A stretch of DNA of 64,000 bases from the human T2T-CHM13v2.0 reference genome, Homo sapiens, in NCBI RefSeq assembly GCF_009914755.1, contig NC_060929.1. One strand, written 5' to 3'. Below the pieces are notes generated by a model. It made no database searches. It was not told the DNA's origin and saw only the letters and a list, made by a program, of their open reading frames with translations. Positions 12,481 through 28,490 of this stretch are shown here, piece by piece (the first letter of the stretch is position 1; the number at the start of each line of letters is the position of its first letter). The position numbers and the translations under genes are program-made.

Positions 12481-12571
12481 GGCTTGGACAATGAGTAAGA
12501 CCAATTCCTTGGCCTTTAAGGAGCTTCTTGTCCGGTGGAGAAGGCAGGTGATTTAAAAAGTAAGCATAGTA

Positions 12572-12958
<387 letters not shown>

Positions 12959-14699
12959 TCAGGGGTGTCCAGAGAAAAGGTTGGAGAGTGGGGTGGAGGG
13001 AGGGGTGTGGGTGCGGGAGATGACGCAGTGCCCTATGGGCCAGGCTAAGGAATACATACTTGATCCTGAAGGCAAGTAGGGCCACTGGAGAGTTTTACAC
13101 TAAAGAATGAATTAGAAGCCTTGCTTTGGGTGCCACAAGGAGAATGGATTGAAGGAGGAGAGAAGGTGGGAAGAGTTTGTATTAGGAGCCAGGATGGAAT
13201 CTGTGTTTATCTCCAACATTCCTCGTCTGCTTTCTACCATACACAACGCTTTCTAGAATGTCAGGGGTTAGACTTGTTTCCCCACCTATCGTGTCACTAA
13301 TACTCAAGAATGCTAAGCCCTCGCCAGGTGCTTCATGAATCCCATGGGCCAGCCTCGGTCTGACTTAGCGTTGAACTTCCCAGAGGACTTGGAGTGACAG
13401 AGCACAGGCCCTGCATAGGCCCTGCATGCATTTTGGATGTGTGGCACTAAGCATGCACTGAGAAGTAGAAACGAAAGGCCATCGTCATTTGTCTTTGGGA
13501 AAGGCTCTCTGCTGCTGAGTTTTTAAAATAAGCTTCATGGCAGTTGCTGCAGGATTCGAATGTCACAACTGTAGTGAGGGAACTGGGGAAATGAAAACTA
13601 GAAAGGGGGTGTCAAAGCTGTTGTAACTTGATTTGGGAGCTGAGACACTGACAGTCCGATTTGCATTTTGCAAAATTCTGACAGATCCTCACATGCCCAC
13701 CTCATTCTCTGCTGGGGTTTATCACATCCATTTCCCCTAGAGTCCTCCATAAAGAATTTAGGTCTAGAAGGCTTCATGTAGAATCCAGTTATTATCAGCA
13801 TTAAGATCTGGGTTCCAGGAGAACATGAATTGCTCTCTGTTTAGTAGCTCAGAGCTGTAAGAGGGAGCTCTTTACTGTGGAATGCTATCACCGGCCCACC
13901 CTAGTGATGTGGCACCCACCCACTTACAGACCAGCCAAATTGCTGCTAATCACTCAGAACTGAAGAGTCCTCATAGAGGTCACCATCTCACTGCAAGATA
14001 GGGAAACTGAGGCCCGGGAAAGAGATGGATAGGCATGAGTCACTGGGACGGCCAATCGTTAACTGGGAAAATATTTACTAAGCTCCTACCACGTGCTGGG
14101 GCACTTGGGATTTAAGCGGCAAGTAAAATACTGGTCTTCTTGTTGACTAGAGAGCTCATACACTCCCATTTCTTGTCAAACGAGCCTTGGTTTGGATTTA
14201 AGTTGGTATCCATTTATATTTTATGGTAAGAAACCTATGCTAATCAATGCCTTATTCTGTTTCAGAAACTATGTTTGGTATTTTGCAACCATTACCTTGT
14301 TCAATTTTTGTCAAACAAAGAGATATATATTTATCATCCACGTTCTACAGATGGGGAAATTGAGCTCAAAGAGCCACATTGTCTTGCCCAAGGTAGCAGA
14401 GATGGTGAAGTGCTGAGCTGGGATTAGAACTTATGTCAGCCTGTCTTCAAACCCTTGATTCTTCATCCTAATCCTGTGTCGCTGGCCAGCAGATCTTCAT
14501 ATCATTAAGCTAAACCCTCTGAATTTTGCATATTACTTGGCCTCCAGGTGGTGGAAGCCCCAAAACTCTTCACTGAATAGGAACAAGGAGTCCCCAGGTC
14601 CCATGAAAATTATTTCTGCAGGAGGAGTTGGGAACCCCTTTTCCTCTACTTCCCTCCCGTGTGGACCCCTTAGAGTCAGGAAAAGACAGAGCTGGTATC

Positions 14700-14980
14700 T
14701 GCACCAGGACAGTTGGCTGAATAACATCAGCCTGATGCCTACCATTTACTACTCTGTGCCAGACACTGTGCTAAGGGGTTTCCATGCACCAACCCTTAAA
14801 TCCTCACAACACCACTGTGAGATGGGTTCTGTCATTCTCCCTGTATTGAAATTGAGAAAACGGAGGCATAGAGAGGTAATTCTATTTCCAGGGTCACAGG
14901 CTAAGAGAGGCAGGATTGGAGGATACTCACTTTGTCTGAGTCTAGATTTCAGGCTCTTTATAATTACTTTGTGTGCTTAA
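14700..14980 (-). mobile_element. MIR SINE
   Basis: tactctgtgccagacactgtgctaag ... aaatcctcacaacc ... gagaaaacggaggcatagagagg. Confidence 0.85.
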
Positions 14981-16599
14981 GGAATTCCTGTTGACTGAGG
15001 AGTTGAAATTAATTTTTTCAAATCAGTCTTTCTATGTTCCCACGTCACTGGACTTTGTGAACCAGCCTAGAGAAGCCAGCACCAGGCCAGGTGTATAGTA
15101 TGTGTACTAAATGAATGAGGAAGCCACCCAGGGGGGTTCCAGGGCAGAGAGAGCCATCCCTACACAGACAACCAGGTTGTGAGGACTCTAGCGCTCCAGG
15201 GGGAATGACGCTCTGTGGTTCATTCCAGTCTCACCCAGTTTTCCTCCCCTGCTTCAGTTCTTTGATGTGTAATGGCCTCTTAGTCCATTCCTTTGCATTC
15301 TTCCCTTGGCGTTGTGTCACTCCAGGTGAACAAAGCATCTTTTCAAGGACCCTGAAGAAATCAGATTATGCTATAGGCCCTGCAAATTAGAGGCCTGGAG
15401 AGGAGGTCCCTTATTTGAGGATAATCACCATCCCTTCTCTGTTTGACAACTTATTTCAAGATAATTAGAGCTTCACTTTCTTTACTGGGATCAACTCTTT
15501 CTGTTTTCCCTTGTCCTTGCCCTACCAGCTCTGGAGCTGACTCTCATGGCAGCTGGCAGTCAGACAGGGGACATCTGTAAATTTGTGCTGGGCCACAATC
15601 CCTTACCAAGAACTGTCAGAACAACTGCCATGGGTATAGCCTTTAAAATTTGGCACAGGTGGCCCAGGTAAGATACAAGTTTAAATCTTCATTCATTCAA
15701 CATCTTTACTAGACATGGGTTCAGTGTCTTTAACACACACAACTCTAGGTGCTAGGAATATCACAATAGAAAATGAAGACCAAGGCCCTGCCTCGTGGAG
15801 CTTACTTCATAGTTGTGAAGACAAATAAAGGACATGAGGAGCTTGACTAACCTAGAGCTAGAAGAAATTTTAGAAATAAAGAAGTGTGTTCAGGAAGTGA
15901 AACTTCTTACTCCCGCGTACGATAGTAAGAGTAGCCATAATAACAAAATAATTATGATAATAACAATAGTCATATTTTAAGTAAAAATGAAATGATTTAT
16001 TATTAGACTAGAATTTGCATATAGAAACTTGCTAGAAGTGAGTGATCAATGTCTAGGACCTGGAATTATTTTGTTAAACAGATCATTGGCATTTGATACA
16101 GTCACAGGAAGTTGGAGTACCTGGGGAATGAGGTGTTTCATTGACTCACTTTTCCCCTCGGTTTGTGTAAAATTCACTATTAATAATGCTAATAATAAGT
16201 GATTACCTATTATCTTTCTAGGCCCCTGGATTGTTGTTCCAAATATTTAATGATTATTCAATTCAAGTTAATTAACATTTACTTCTATGAGGTCGGGGCT
16301 GGGATGAGAAGCAGGTAAAGAAACTGACTTGTATGAACAAGGAGACTTAGGAAATTGGAATGCCACATACACACTCGAGAAGATTTTGGAAGGCTTTGTG
16401 TGTGTGCTTAGTTTGTTTTTTCCCTATAATAAATCTCAATCTTGTCTAGGCTTGTGCTAAATATGTTTACCTATGTGTCTTTCAGTAATTATTGTTTACA
16501 TGGTCAAATTTAAATAAATGAATATATAGTTGCACAATGGGAAAAAAACATTAGAAATTCAATTAGGAATTGACTAGTTTACAATCTCCTTTAGGATAT

Positions 16600-17170
16600 T
16601 TTAATGTACCTCTCATAAGTGGAGAGATCAAGACAGAAAAAATTAAGAATATATAAATGATATAAAAAATTTGACTAATATGCACATTCACAAGCTTGAT
16701 GGGATTTGACATATATTTGACATATTTAGGGCCTTATATTCAATAAATATAATATGTATGTATTTCACACTCACATGAAATATTTGCAAATATTTATTTA
16801 GTAGATATCAAGCCTATTAGAAGCCTTAACAAATACTGAAGAATCGATATCATAGAGATAATGCTCTCTAACTGCAGTGTGATAAAATTCAAAGCAAAAA
16901 GCAGAAAAAATTATATGTGTGGTATGTGCATATAATATATATATAGACTTACACATATACACAAACAACACACATTTAGAAACTAAAAAAAAACCCACTG
17001 TATATAATTAGTCGAAGAAGAAATTATAATGAAAACTACCAAATATTTATAGCAGATAATGAAAACATTATTACTGAAACACCTAGAGGGAAATTTACAG
17101 CCTTAAATACACATCTATTCGAAGGCAGGAAGAAGAGTTAATGAGATAATCTTTCAGTTCAGAAAGAGGA
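16600..17170 (+). mobile_element. Old L1M ORF2 fragment
   Basis: A-rich with cacctagagggaaatttacagccttaaatacacatctatt, typical of the post-endonuclease L1 region. Confidence 0.7.
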
Positions 17171-17210
17171 GAAACAAAGCCCATTGGTTTAGGGCTGGAA
17201 CACACCTGGG

Positions 17211-17213
<3 letters not shown>

Positions 17214-17248
<35 letters not shown>
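17214..17248. repeat. (TA)n microsatellite
   Basis: Read directly. Confidence 0.97.
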
Positions 17249-17251
<3 letters not shown>

Positions 17252-17394
17252 AACTGAGTCACTGGTAGGCAGTCTCACATTCCATTCAACTTACACAAAG
17301 GAGGGTTAGGTCTGAAGGCAAATTAAAATAGCTCTAAAGAAAATCAAACCATACTATAATGTTAAAAAAAAAAAAGAAAACTCTCATAGCAGAG

Positions 17395-17905
17395 GGTATA
17401 ACAGTTAGCAATTGCTGTATAACATGTTACCTCAAAATTTAGCAGCTTAAAATAACAAACAGTTATTATCTCCCAGTGTTCAAGGGTCAGGAACCTGGAG
17501 TGGCTCAGGGTCTCTCATGAGGTTGCAGTGAAGCTGTCAGTCTGGGCTGTAGTCATCTGAAGACTCAACTGAGGCGTGGAATTTGCTTTCAAGTTCACTC
17601 ACATGATTTATTTCAGGCAATACCATTCTTCACTGGGTCTTCCTCACTCGCTGCTGGGTGCCTTGCCCCCCAGGCCTCTCCATAGGCATGCATGCTTCCC
17701 CCAGAGTAAGCAGTCTCAGAGACAGAAAGCCAGTCCCCAAGACGGAAGCCACAGTCTTTTATGACCTAGTCTCTGAAGTGACATGCCATCACCTTTGCCA
17801 CTTGCAGTGGTCACACAGACTAACCATAGCACTATGGGGCATTCAAGGGTGGGAATACCAGGAGAAAGAGATCATTGGGGGCTGTGTGGGAGGATGCCTG
17901 CCACA
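17395..17905 (-). mobile_element. MaLR MLT1 (E/F-like) solo LTR
   Basis: attgctgtataacatgttacctcaaaatttagcagcttaaaataac ... gatcattgggggctgtgtgggaggatgcctgccaca. Confidence 0.85.
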
Positions 17906-19365
17906 GAGTGAGTCTCAAAACGTGGGCTTTCACTTGGTTGCTAACCCACAGCAGAGAATAGGTGAGAAAAATTGGTTCCACCTGGTCAAAATCATTAGAA
18001 TTACATTTGGGATTCAAATTATATTGAAACTTGAGGAGAGGTGGTGGATTCAGGATTGGATTTCTTGGCATTTGGATTGGAACGTAGGTGAATTCTTTTA
18101 TTTTGCTTTCACTATGTACCTTTTAAAATAATTTTTCTCCAAAATAATGTTATCCCACCAAACTCCTTAACACATTTTGTCAATCTACTTTTCCCATCAC
18201 TTTGAAGTTGATGTCTGCTTGAAAGAAAATTTGATTTAAATGTTTTTGATTCCTTTACATAAAAGTATTGAAATTCAAGTTACTAAGAACTATTTGATGG
18301 ACAGCAAGTCCTCCAATTTCATGTGAAAGTTGTGAAGTGGATTTTTCTCAAAAATATAAAATAGTGCTTTGCCAAAGAGTCAATAAAATACTGACTCAAA
18401 GAGGGTTAAGTTTAACCACCCACAAATCAAAAAGCCTGGCTAACTTTATGCCAAACTTTTTTTGGTTGATTAAAAATATCGAATCGACCATTTCCACCCA
18501 CTCCTGAATTTAACCGAATTGTAAATCATTTTCTGTCTTGTAGATATATATACTGGCAAAAGTAAATGCTGAATTAAGATAATTCAATTTCTTTAAATAA
18601 CTCTCAGTGACTTGAGCTTCTTGTATCCAGTTTCTTCCTACTATAATCTATGCTACCTTGGGTGCTATTGTTATCTTACTGAGACATAGAGCCTATCTCA
18701 CTTACGTCCTCATTTTATTTTTTTAACTTTTCACTGCCTTCTCATTACCCTCAGGTAGGTCTTACCATTCGTGACTCTGCATCACTTAGTCTCAACCTCT
18801 TTTCCTAACTCGTTTTCCTCCTCTCTTACGTGGGTTTACCAGTACTGTAAGGAAACTTGTCATTGTTTGAACATGCCATGCACTTTCACACCCAAAGCCT
18901 GTGCACACCCTGGGACACCCTCTGCCTACAATGCCCTTCCGTTACTCACTCTCAGGAGAAATCCCATTCCCTCTTCCAGGCACATTTTAAATACCATCTC
19001 TAACACACCAGCTTCTTCAGTGCCCAATTATGCCTCCAATTTGGTAGAAAATGGTTTAAAATTTTTTGTTCTCAAAAGCAGGTAATTTCACCTTACCATA
19101 TGCTATAAAATTTTGCATATACCCACACTGCAGCACTTTCCTAACTGCATTGCAACTAACTAGAGTATTGACTAGGGGATTCTAACTGCTTCAACAGATG
19201 TACCTCCATTTGTAAAATAAGAATGATAATATCTACTCCTGAGGGTGTTAGAAACAATACTGGAGACACTATATTGACTGTTTCTCTGTGGCACTGAAGG
19301 TGTTCTGGGCTTGTCTTGTCCTTAAAAAACAGAGCTTCCAGCATCTTCTTCCTTTAGAGGTATTT

Positions 19366-19535
19366 CCATCCATCCACTCATCCATCCGTCCATCTGTCTA
19401 TCCACTCATTTATCCATCCATCCATCCATCCATCCATCCATCCATCCATCCATCCATCTATCCATCCACTCACTCGTCTATACAGTCACCCATCTATCCA
19501 TCCATTCTTCCATCCATCCATGCCTCCATCCATCT
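19366..19535. repeat. (ATCC)n tetranucleotide repeat
   Basis: Read directly. Confidence 0.95.
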
Positions 19536-20202
19536 GACATTCAGTAATTGTTTGGTGATGGTGATGATAATGAAACAGAGTAAGAAAAAATGTGTTTAGT
19601 GTGAGATAACTGATCATTAACAATAGAGTGCCAAAACTTACCAGTTGTTGGTTTGTTTTGTTTTGTTTTGAATTTTCTGGGCTGTGACCAATTTAGGGGC
19701 AGGGATTTGCTTTATTTTTCTTTTTCTTCCTAAATAAAGACTAGCACAATGTCGTCTGCATGATAGGTCCATAGATGTTATTTACTAATTTAGTTTTTGG
19801 CCGGGGGTGTGGGGGTTGAAAAATGATCAAGAAAAGTTACTGACTCCTTTGAATTAGCCTAATGGCATCAGAAGGAGCACTTAAGATAGTAGTATTGGAA
19901 ATCCCTGAAACAGATAAAACTAGAACTCACTGGGATAGGATTGATGTTTCTGAATACCTGCCCCTACTTTCTACAAGGAGCTGTGATAATAAGTTGATTC
20001 CAAAGTAGCCTAGCTTAGTGATTCTTCTGTCATATCTGAATCTGACAGTTAGGCACTCATTAAGAACCTTTACAGAAACTGCAGTGCACACTCCCACAGT
20101 TCTCATGTATGTCTCCCTCCTGTGCTTTTGCTCATGCTGGTTTTGTGGGGGTTTTTCATTCTAGAATGACCCTTGCTTTCCTTTCTCCTCTATGTCTAGC
20201 TC

Positions 20203-20228
20203 CGGTGTTAGCCAGGGTTCTTCAGTAG

Positions 20229-20263
<35 letters not shown>

Positions 20264-20682
20264 CACATGTGTTCACGTGCACATGTGCAGAGAAAGAGAC
20301 AAAGACAGAAAGAAGAAAGAGGGGGAGAGGAGAAATTCATTTTAAGGATTTGACTCATGATTGTTGGCACTGGTAATTCCCAAATTTGCAGGGCAGTTTG
20401 GCAGGCTGTAGACTCAGGGAAGAGTTGATGCTGTATCTTGAGTCTGAAGGCAGGCTGAAAAATTCCTTCTTTCTTGGGGACCTCATTTTTTTTTTTCTTA
20501 AGGTCTTCAAGATTGGATGAAGTCTACGAACATTACGGAGGATAATCTGCTTTACTCAAAGTGTACTGATTTAAATGTTAATCTCATCTAAAAAACACCC
20601 TCAGGAGCATCTAGATTGGTGTTTGATCAAATATCTGAATACCATTGCCTTGCCAAATTGATACATAAAATTCATCATTACA
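20203..20682 (-). mobile_element. ERVL MLT2 (C/D-like) LTR containing (TG)15
   Basis: tgttagccagggttcttc ... taatctgctttactcaaagtgtactgatttaaatgttaatc ... acataaaattcatcattaca. Confidence 0.9.
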
Positions 20683-21029
20683 GTTTCCCTCTCCTTATGC
20701 TTGATTACTCAACTCAGAGACCCCTCTTCCTGGAGACTTTCTGACTTCCCAGCTGGGCTTAGGTGGGGCCTTCTCTAATTTCCTCTAACAAAATACTTGA
20801 TATTCAGCTTTTTTTTTCTTTTGTCATCTGTTTACTCGTGTGTTTCTCCCGCTAGACTATAACCATCTTGACGGTAAGGATTTCCAATAAATTCATATTG
20901 AAAAAAATGCATTTGGGGAAGGATATAAATGCAAAAATATGCAACTCCAGGTCCAAAGCTTTGGGATTTAAAATTTAAAAAGAAGAAGAATTCCTTCCCA
21001 AACAAGCCCATCCCACAGGCTGTTTTGGC

Positions 21030-21930
21030 AAGTGCCGTTGTCAGTCCTGTCATTGATAGGTGGGGTCTATGTTCCTTCCTCTTGAGCTTAGATGGGCTTG
21101 TCACTTTCTCAACCAACAGAACATGTGGGTGGAACACTATGTAGCTTTCAAGGCTAGGTATAAAAATGTGATACACTTCTGTCTTGTTCTCTCTTTTTTT
21201 TTTTTTTTTCTTTAAGACGGAGTCTTGCTCTGTCGCCCAGGCTGGAGTGCAGTGGCGCTATCTCGGCTCACTGCAAGCTCCGCCTTCCGTGTTCACGCCA
21301 TTCTCCTGCCTCAGCCTCCTGATGGGACTACAGGCGCCCGCCACCAGGCCAGGCTAATTTTTTGTATTTTTTTAGTAGACACGGGGTTTCACTCTGTTAG
21401 CCAGGATGGTCTCCATCTCCTGACCTCGTGATCCACCCTCCTCGGCTTCCCAAAGTGGTGGGATTACAGGCGTGAGCCACCGCGCCCAGCCACGCCCGGC
21501 TAATTTTTTTGCATTTTTAGTAGAGACGGGGTTTCACCGTGTTAGCCAGGATGGTCTCAATCTCCTGACCTCGTGATCCGCCAGCCTCGGCCTCCCAAAG
21601 TGCTGGGATTACAGGCGCGAGCCACCGTGCCCGGCCCTGTCTTGTTCTCTTGCAGTGCTTGCTGTTGGAACCCATGGTGTGAGAAAGTTTAAGCAGCCAC
21701 AGAGGCAGACCGGTCGCCACCACCAGACCAGGAAGTGAGTGCGTGAGTCTGCGTGTGACCTCAGCCCCCAGTCTCTGACTCATCCTGGCTGACATCCTGG
21801 GGAGCAGAAAAGAGCTGGCTCTACTGAGCCCTGCCCAAATTTGCATATTATGAGCAAAAGAAATGATTGTTGGTGTTGTATATCATTAAGTTTGGGGTGG
21901 TTTGTTACCCAAGGGTAGATAAGTGGAAGA
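21030..21930 (+). mobile_element. MaLR MLT1 (G/H-like) LTR interrupted by an Alu
   Basis: ggtggggtctatgttccttcctcttga ... gagccctgcccaaatttgca ... taagtttggggtggtttgtta. Confidence 0.8.
21193..21636 (-). mobile_element. AluY-type element with an extra left arm (left-left-right)
   Basis: Two left arms with AluY-type gttagccaggatggtctc; single TSD ctgtcttgttctct at 21179-21192 and 21637-21650. Confidence 0.93.
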
Positions 21931-22359
21931 GAAGGGTCAAAGGGCAAACCTGTAAGGGAGGCAGAAATGCTGGAGGATTCAAAAGGCAGATCTCTAGGCT
22001 CAGAAAAAAAGCCGCCAAACCCAGGAAGGCCTGAGCACATCTCTCCTCATAGCCTAGCTTGTGTTGTTACTGCCGTCACTGTGACCTTTGTGTCTCTCTT
22101 TTATGCCATTAAAGTCTCGATTCGTTTGCTTTGTAAAAGTGTGTCTTCATGTTATGTTGAATATAATCTCATTTTAATCTAATGGCCTATTGGTTTTAAA
22201 TAAATAAATAGGTGATGATTTTTTATTTTGACAGAATAGCCTTGAGGCTTGAGAGATAGATGCATTCATACCTACATTCATACAGAGGATGACAGATAGA
22301 TTCACACCTCTAAGGCTATTTCACAATATTCTGTGGAATGAAGTTTGCATGTCAATGAC

Positions 22360-22545
22360 AGCTTTATTAAGTACTAATTTTCTTTACAGCAAGCACTGCA
22401 GTGAAGGCTGTATATGCATCACCTCATTTACATCCTCCTCCAAACTATTAGAGTCCTTTTTACAGATGAGGAAATTGAGGGTCAGATTGCCTGGATCACA
22501 TGTCCCATAGGTAAACTGGGTGACCCCAGGCAGCGTGACTCCAGG
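22360..22545 (-). mobile_element. MIR SINE
   Basis: ttttacagatgaggaaattgagggtcag. Confidence 0.8.
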
Positions 22546-23499
22546 GCCCACCCTGTTAACCCCTGCCCTCACTACCTCCATCTGCAAAGCTCTCTGAACA
22601 TTGCCTGGGGCACAGATTTTCAACCAATGCCTCATTGCTTTCTTTCTAAATTACATGAAACAAGCTCCTACAAGCTCCTATATTATTATACCCTATTCAG
22701 CCAGATAAGTCCACTGGTCATGAGCTTAAATGGTGTAGAAATGTCAAATAACTGTAAACATTTATAGAAAAAAACAAATTCTACTCTCAATTTCTGTGCT
22801 TATCTCATCAAAGATGGTTACAGCTCACCGATGAGCATGAGTTTTGTCTGCTATTCACCCAGTGGTTTATAAAACCCTGATGCAACTGGTCACCTGATTC
22901 ATGTCTTTACAGAAATTTAGCAATCTTAAAACAACAACAGCAATCATAAAACGACAGCAATAACACCATCAATTACTGCTCTGTTTTGGAAAATAGATCC
23001 ATAAGGCAACAGAAATGTACACATCAGCCACAGAAAGTCTGCACCTGTTTGTTTACATTTCTATTTGTAGTTGAATTCAGGCAAAGTAGGTACCCAATTC
23101 ATGTGTGTGTGTCAATTACTGACTCTTGTAGAGAAATGGCCTTTTTCATTTGAAGGCTCTGAGTGTCTGTGGTGGAAGGGAGGTCAGTGGGTAGAGAGCC
23201 TGGAGCTTCAGAGAAGGCAAGAGAAGGGCTTTCTTTGTGGATGTTTGTAGGCAGACAGCACATCTTGGACACAATAAGAAGTAGCAGGAGAACAAATGGC
23301 ACCTTCACTCCATCTTCATTGCAGAGGTGGGTATACCAAGGAAGAACTTTCCCTTTTAAATAGAAAGAGAAAGAACTGAATGAAAATGCACAGTCAGCCG
23401 CTGAGAACAGTGCCCCTTCAATTGAGAGGCATTTTTCACCAAGTCCTGGGACAGAAGAGGGCCCACTGTTAATGCACAGTCCTCTCCCGCTCCCACTCC

Positions 23500-23800
23500 C
23501 CCTTCTAATCAAGGCGATATGAAACAGAGGCCTTCAGAGAACGCACGCCGAAGCGGGCTGCCTGTTCCGGCAACTGTTATAAAGCAGGCCAAAGCCACGT
23601 CACGTCCAATTAATGTCAACGAGGAACATCTGTATTTAGGCACCCACGTTCCTTAATGCAAACATTTCGTAATTACAGCCTCTTGCACACACGGTGTGTT
23701 ATGAGATGTGGTGTCCCCAGTGTGAATCAGTCACATTTTTCAGAGTCGTCAGCAGACTTGGTCTGGCTGGGACGCCGCTTGCTGACTGCCCATAAGAGCA
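23500..23800. promoter_or_regulatory. Candidate CpG-enriched enhancer/promoter-like element
   Basis: About 15 CpG in ~280 bp of non-repeat DNA; TATAAAG, CCACGTCA, CCAATTAAT and RFX-like GTTCCGGCAAC motifs. Confidence 0.45.
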
Positions 23801-24573
23801 TTTCTCTAAAATATTGAATTAAGCACAGTCCGGCTTTTTCCTCTTATCTATGAAATCTTGTGGTTGGGGCTTGACTGTTTTTATAAAATGAAATATATAA
23901 AATGGATAAAATGCAAATAAAGTTGAGGTTAGAGTGGTGTGTTTTTTCTTTCTCTCTTTTTTCATGGTTTTTTTTTTGTTTTTTTTTTTTTTTGAGAAAG
24001 ACATCTGTTTCTCCCACTTTCCCCTTTTCCCTTTGGTGTTTTATGCTGAAACGTAAAGGTTAAATTGTCAGGCACAGTCTGAAGGGCTCCAATTCTGACT
24101 GGTTTTTCACCTCATCGAGAAAGCTAGTCTGGTTATAAGGACCCAACTGGTCTGGGAATATTTTCTCATGGATGTTTTCTCCTGGGCAAAGCACTCGGCT
24201 TTGGAGTCATGGGAAATCCAATAGCCCTGGGTTCAAAGTTGAAGATATTTTAAAATTCTTATGGTGCATTCAGGGAGGCCTCATAGAAATAGGAGCTGCA
24301 GATTGGGGCAATGAGGATATTATGAATCCATCAATAAACTTGGAATAGTAATAGTCTGGATAGATGTTTTTTTATCCATAAGCCACCATGCCTAAGGAAT
24401 GTGAAACTCTCTGCATTGCCGTTATGAGGCGACACCTCAGCGTGTTCTTGATCCTTGTCTCCTGACCCTGTCCCCAATTTAGCCATCAGACAGGATCCTA
24501 ATAACGTCTCTCCATGACGGGTCTTCCCCACTCCTCAGACATAATTCCTGCTCTTCCTTTGAGAGAGACCCTA

Positions 24574-25119
<546 letters not shown>

Positions 25120-25332
25120 TCAGTAAGGGAAGGGGACAGATGGACTCAGGACACAAACCCATTTTCTCTTGGGGTCTCATTCCTGTTTTTCTCTGTGGGT
25201 CAGCTTCATTCTCTTACTACAAATCGGCCTTCCTATTTTTTTGATCTTCCAGTCAAGTCAACAGAGTGTAGACATGTTTTCCCGTACTCCTTCCTGCTAA
25301 GCACAAGGATGAATCCTGGAAATGGAACAAGA

Positions 25333-25713
25333 GATGACTCGGTTAATTTTTTGTGTCAACTTGGCTGACCATGGTGCCCAGATATTTGGTCAAACATTAT
25401 TCTAGATATTCCTGTGAGGTTGGTTTTTGGATGAGATTAACATTTAAATGCTTGAACTATGAGTAAAGCTGATTACCCTCCTTGGGATGGATGGGCCTCG
25501 TCCACTTGGTTTAAGGCCTTAAGAGGACAAAGACTAAGATATCTGAGCAAGAAGTAATTCTGCCAGCAAATTGTTTTTGGTTTGAACTGCAACACTTCCC
25601 TGAATCTCCAGCCTACCAGCCTACCCCATTAGATTTTGGACTCACAAAGCCTACACAACTGCATGAGTAAATTCCTTAAAATAAGTCTCTCTCTCTCTGT
25701 ATACACACACACA

Positions 25714-25747
<34 letters not shown>

Positions 25748-25780
25748 GTTGGTTGTGTTTCTCTGGAGAACTCTGAATAA
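25333..25780 (+). mobile_element. ERVL MLT2B-like LTR with (CA)n
   Basis: ggttaattttttgtgtcaacttggct ... tggatgagattaacatttaaat ... tgtttctctggagaactctga. Confidence 0.9.
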
Positions 25781-25789
25781 TAATCAAAA

Positions 25790-28490
<2,701 letters not shown>

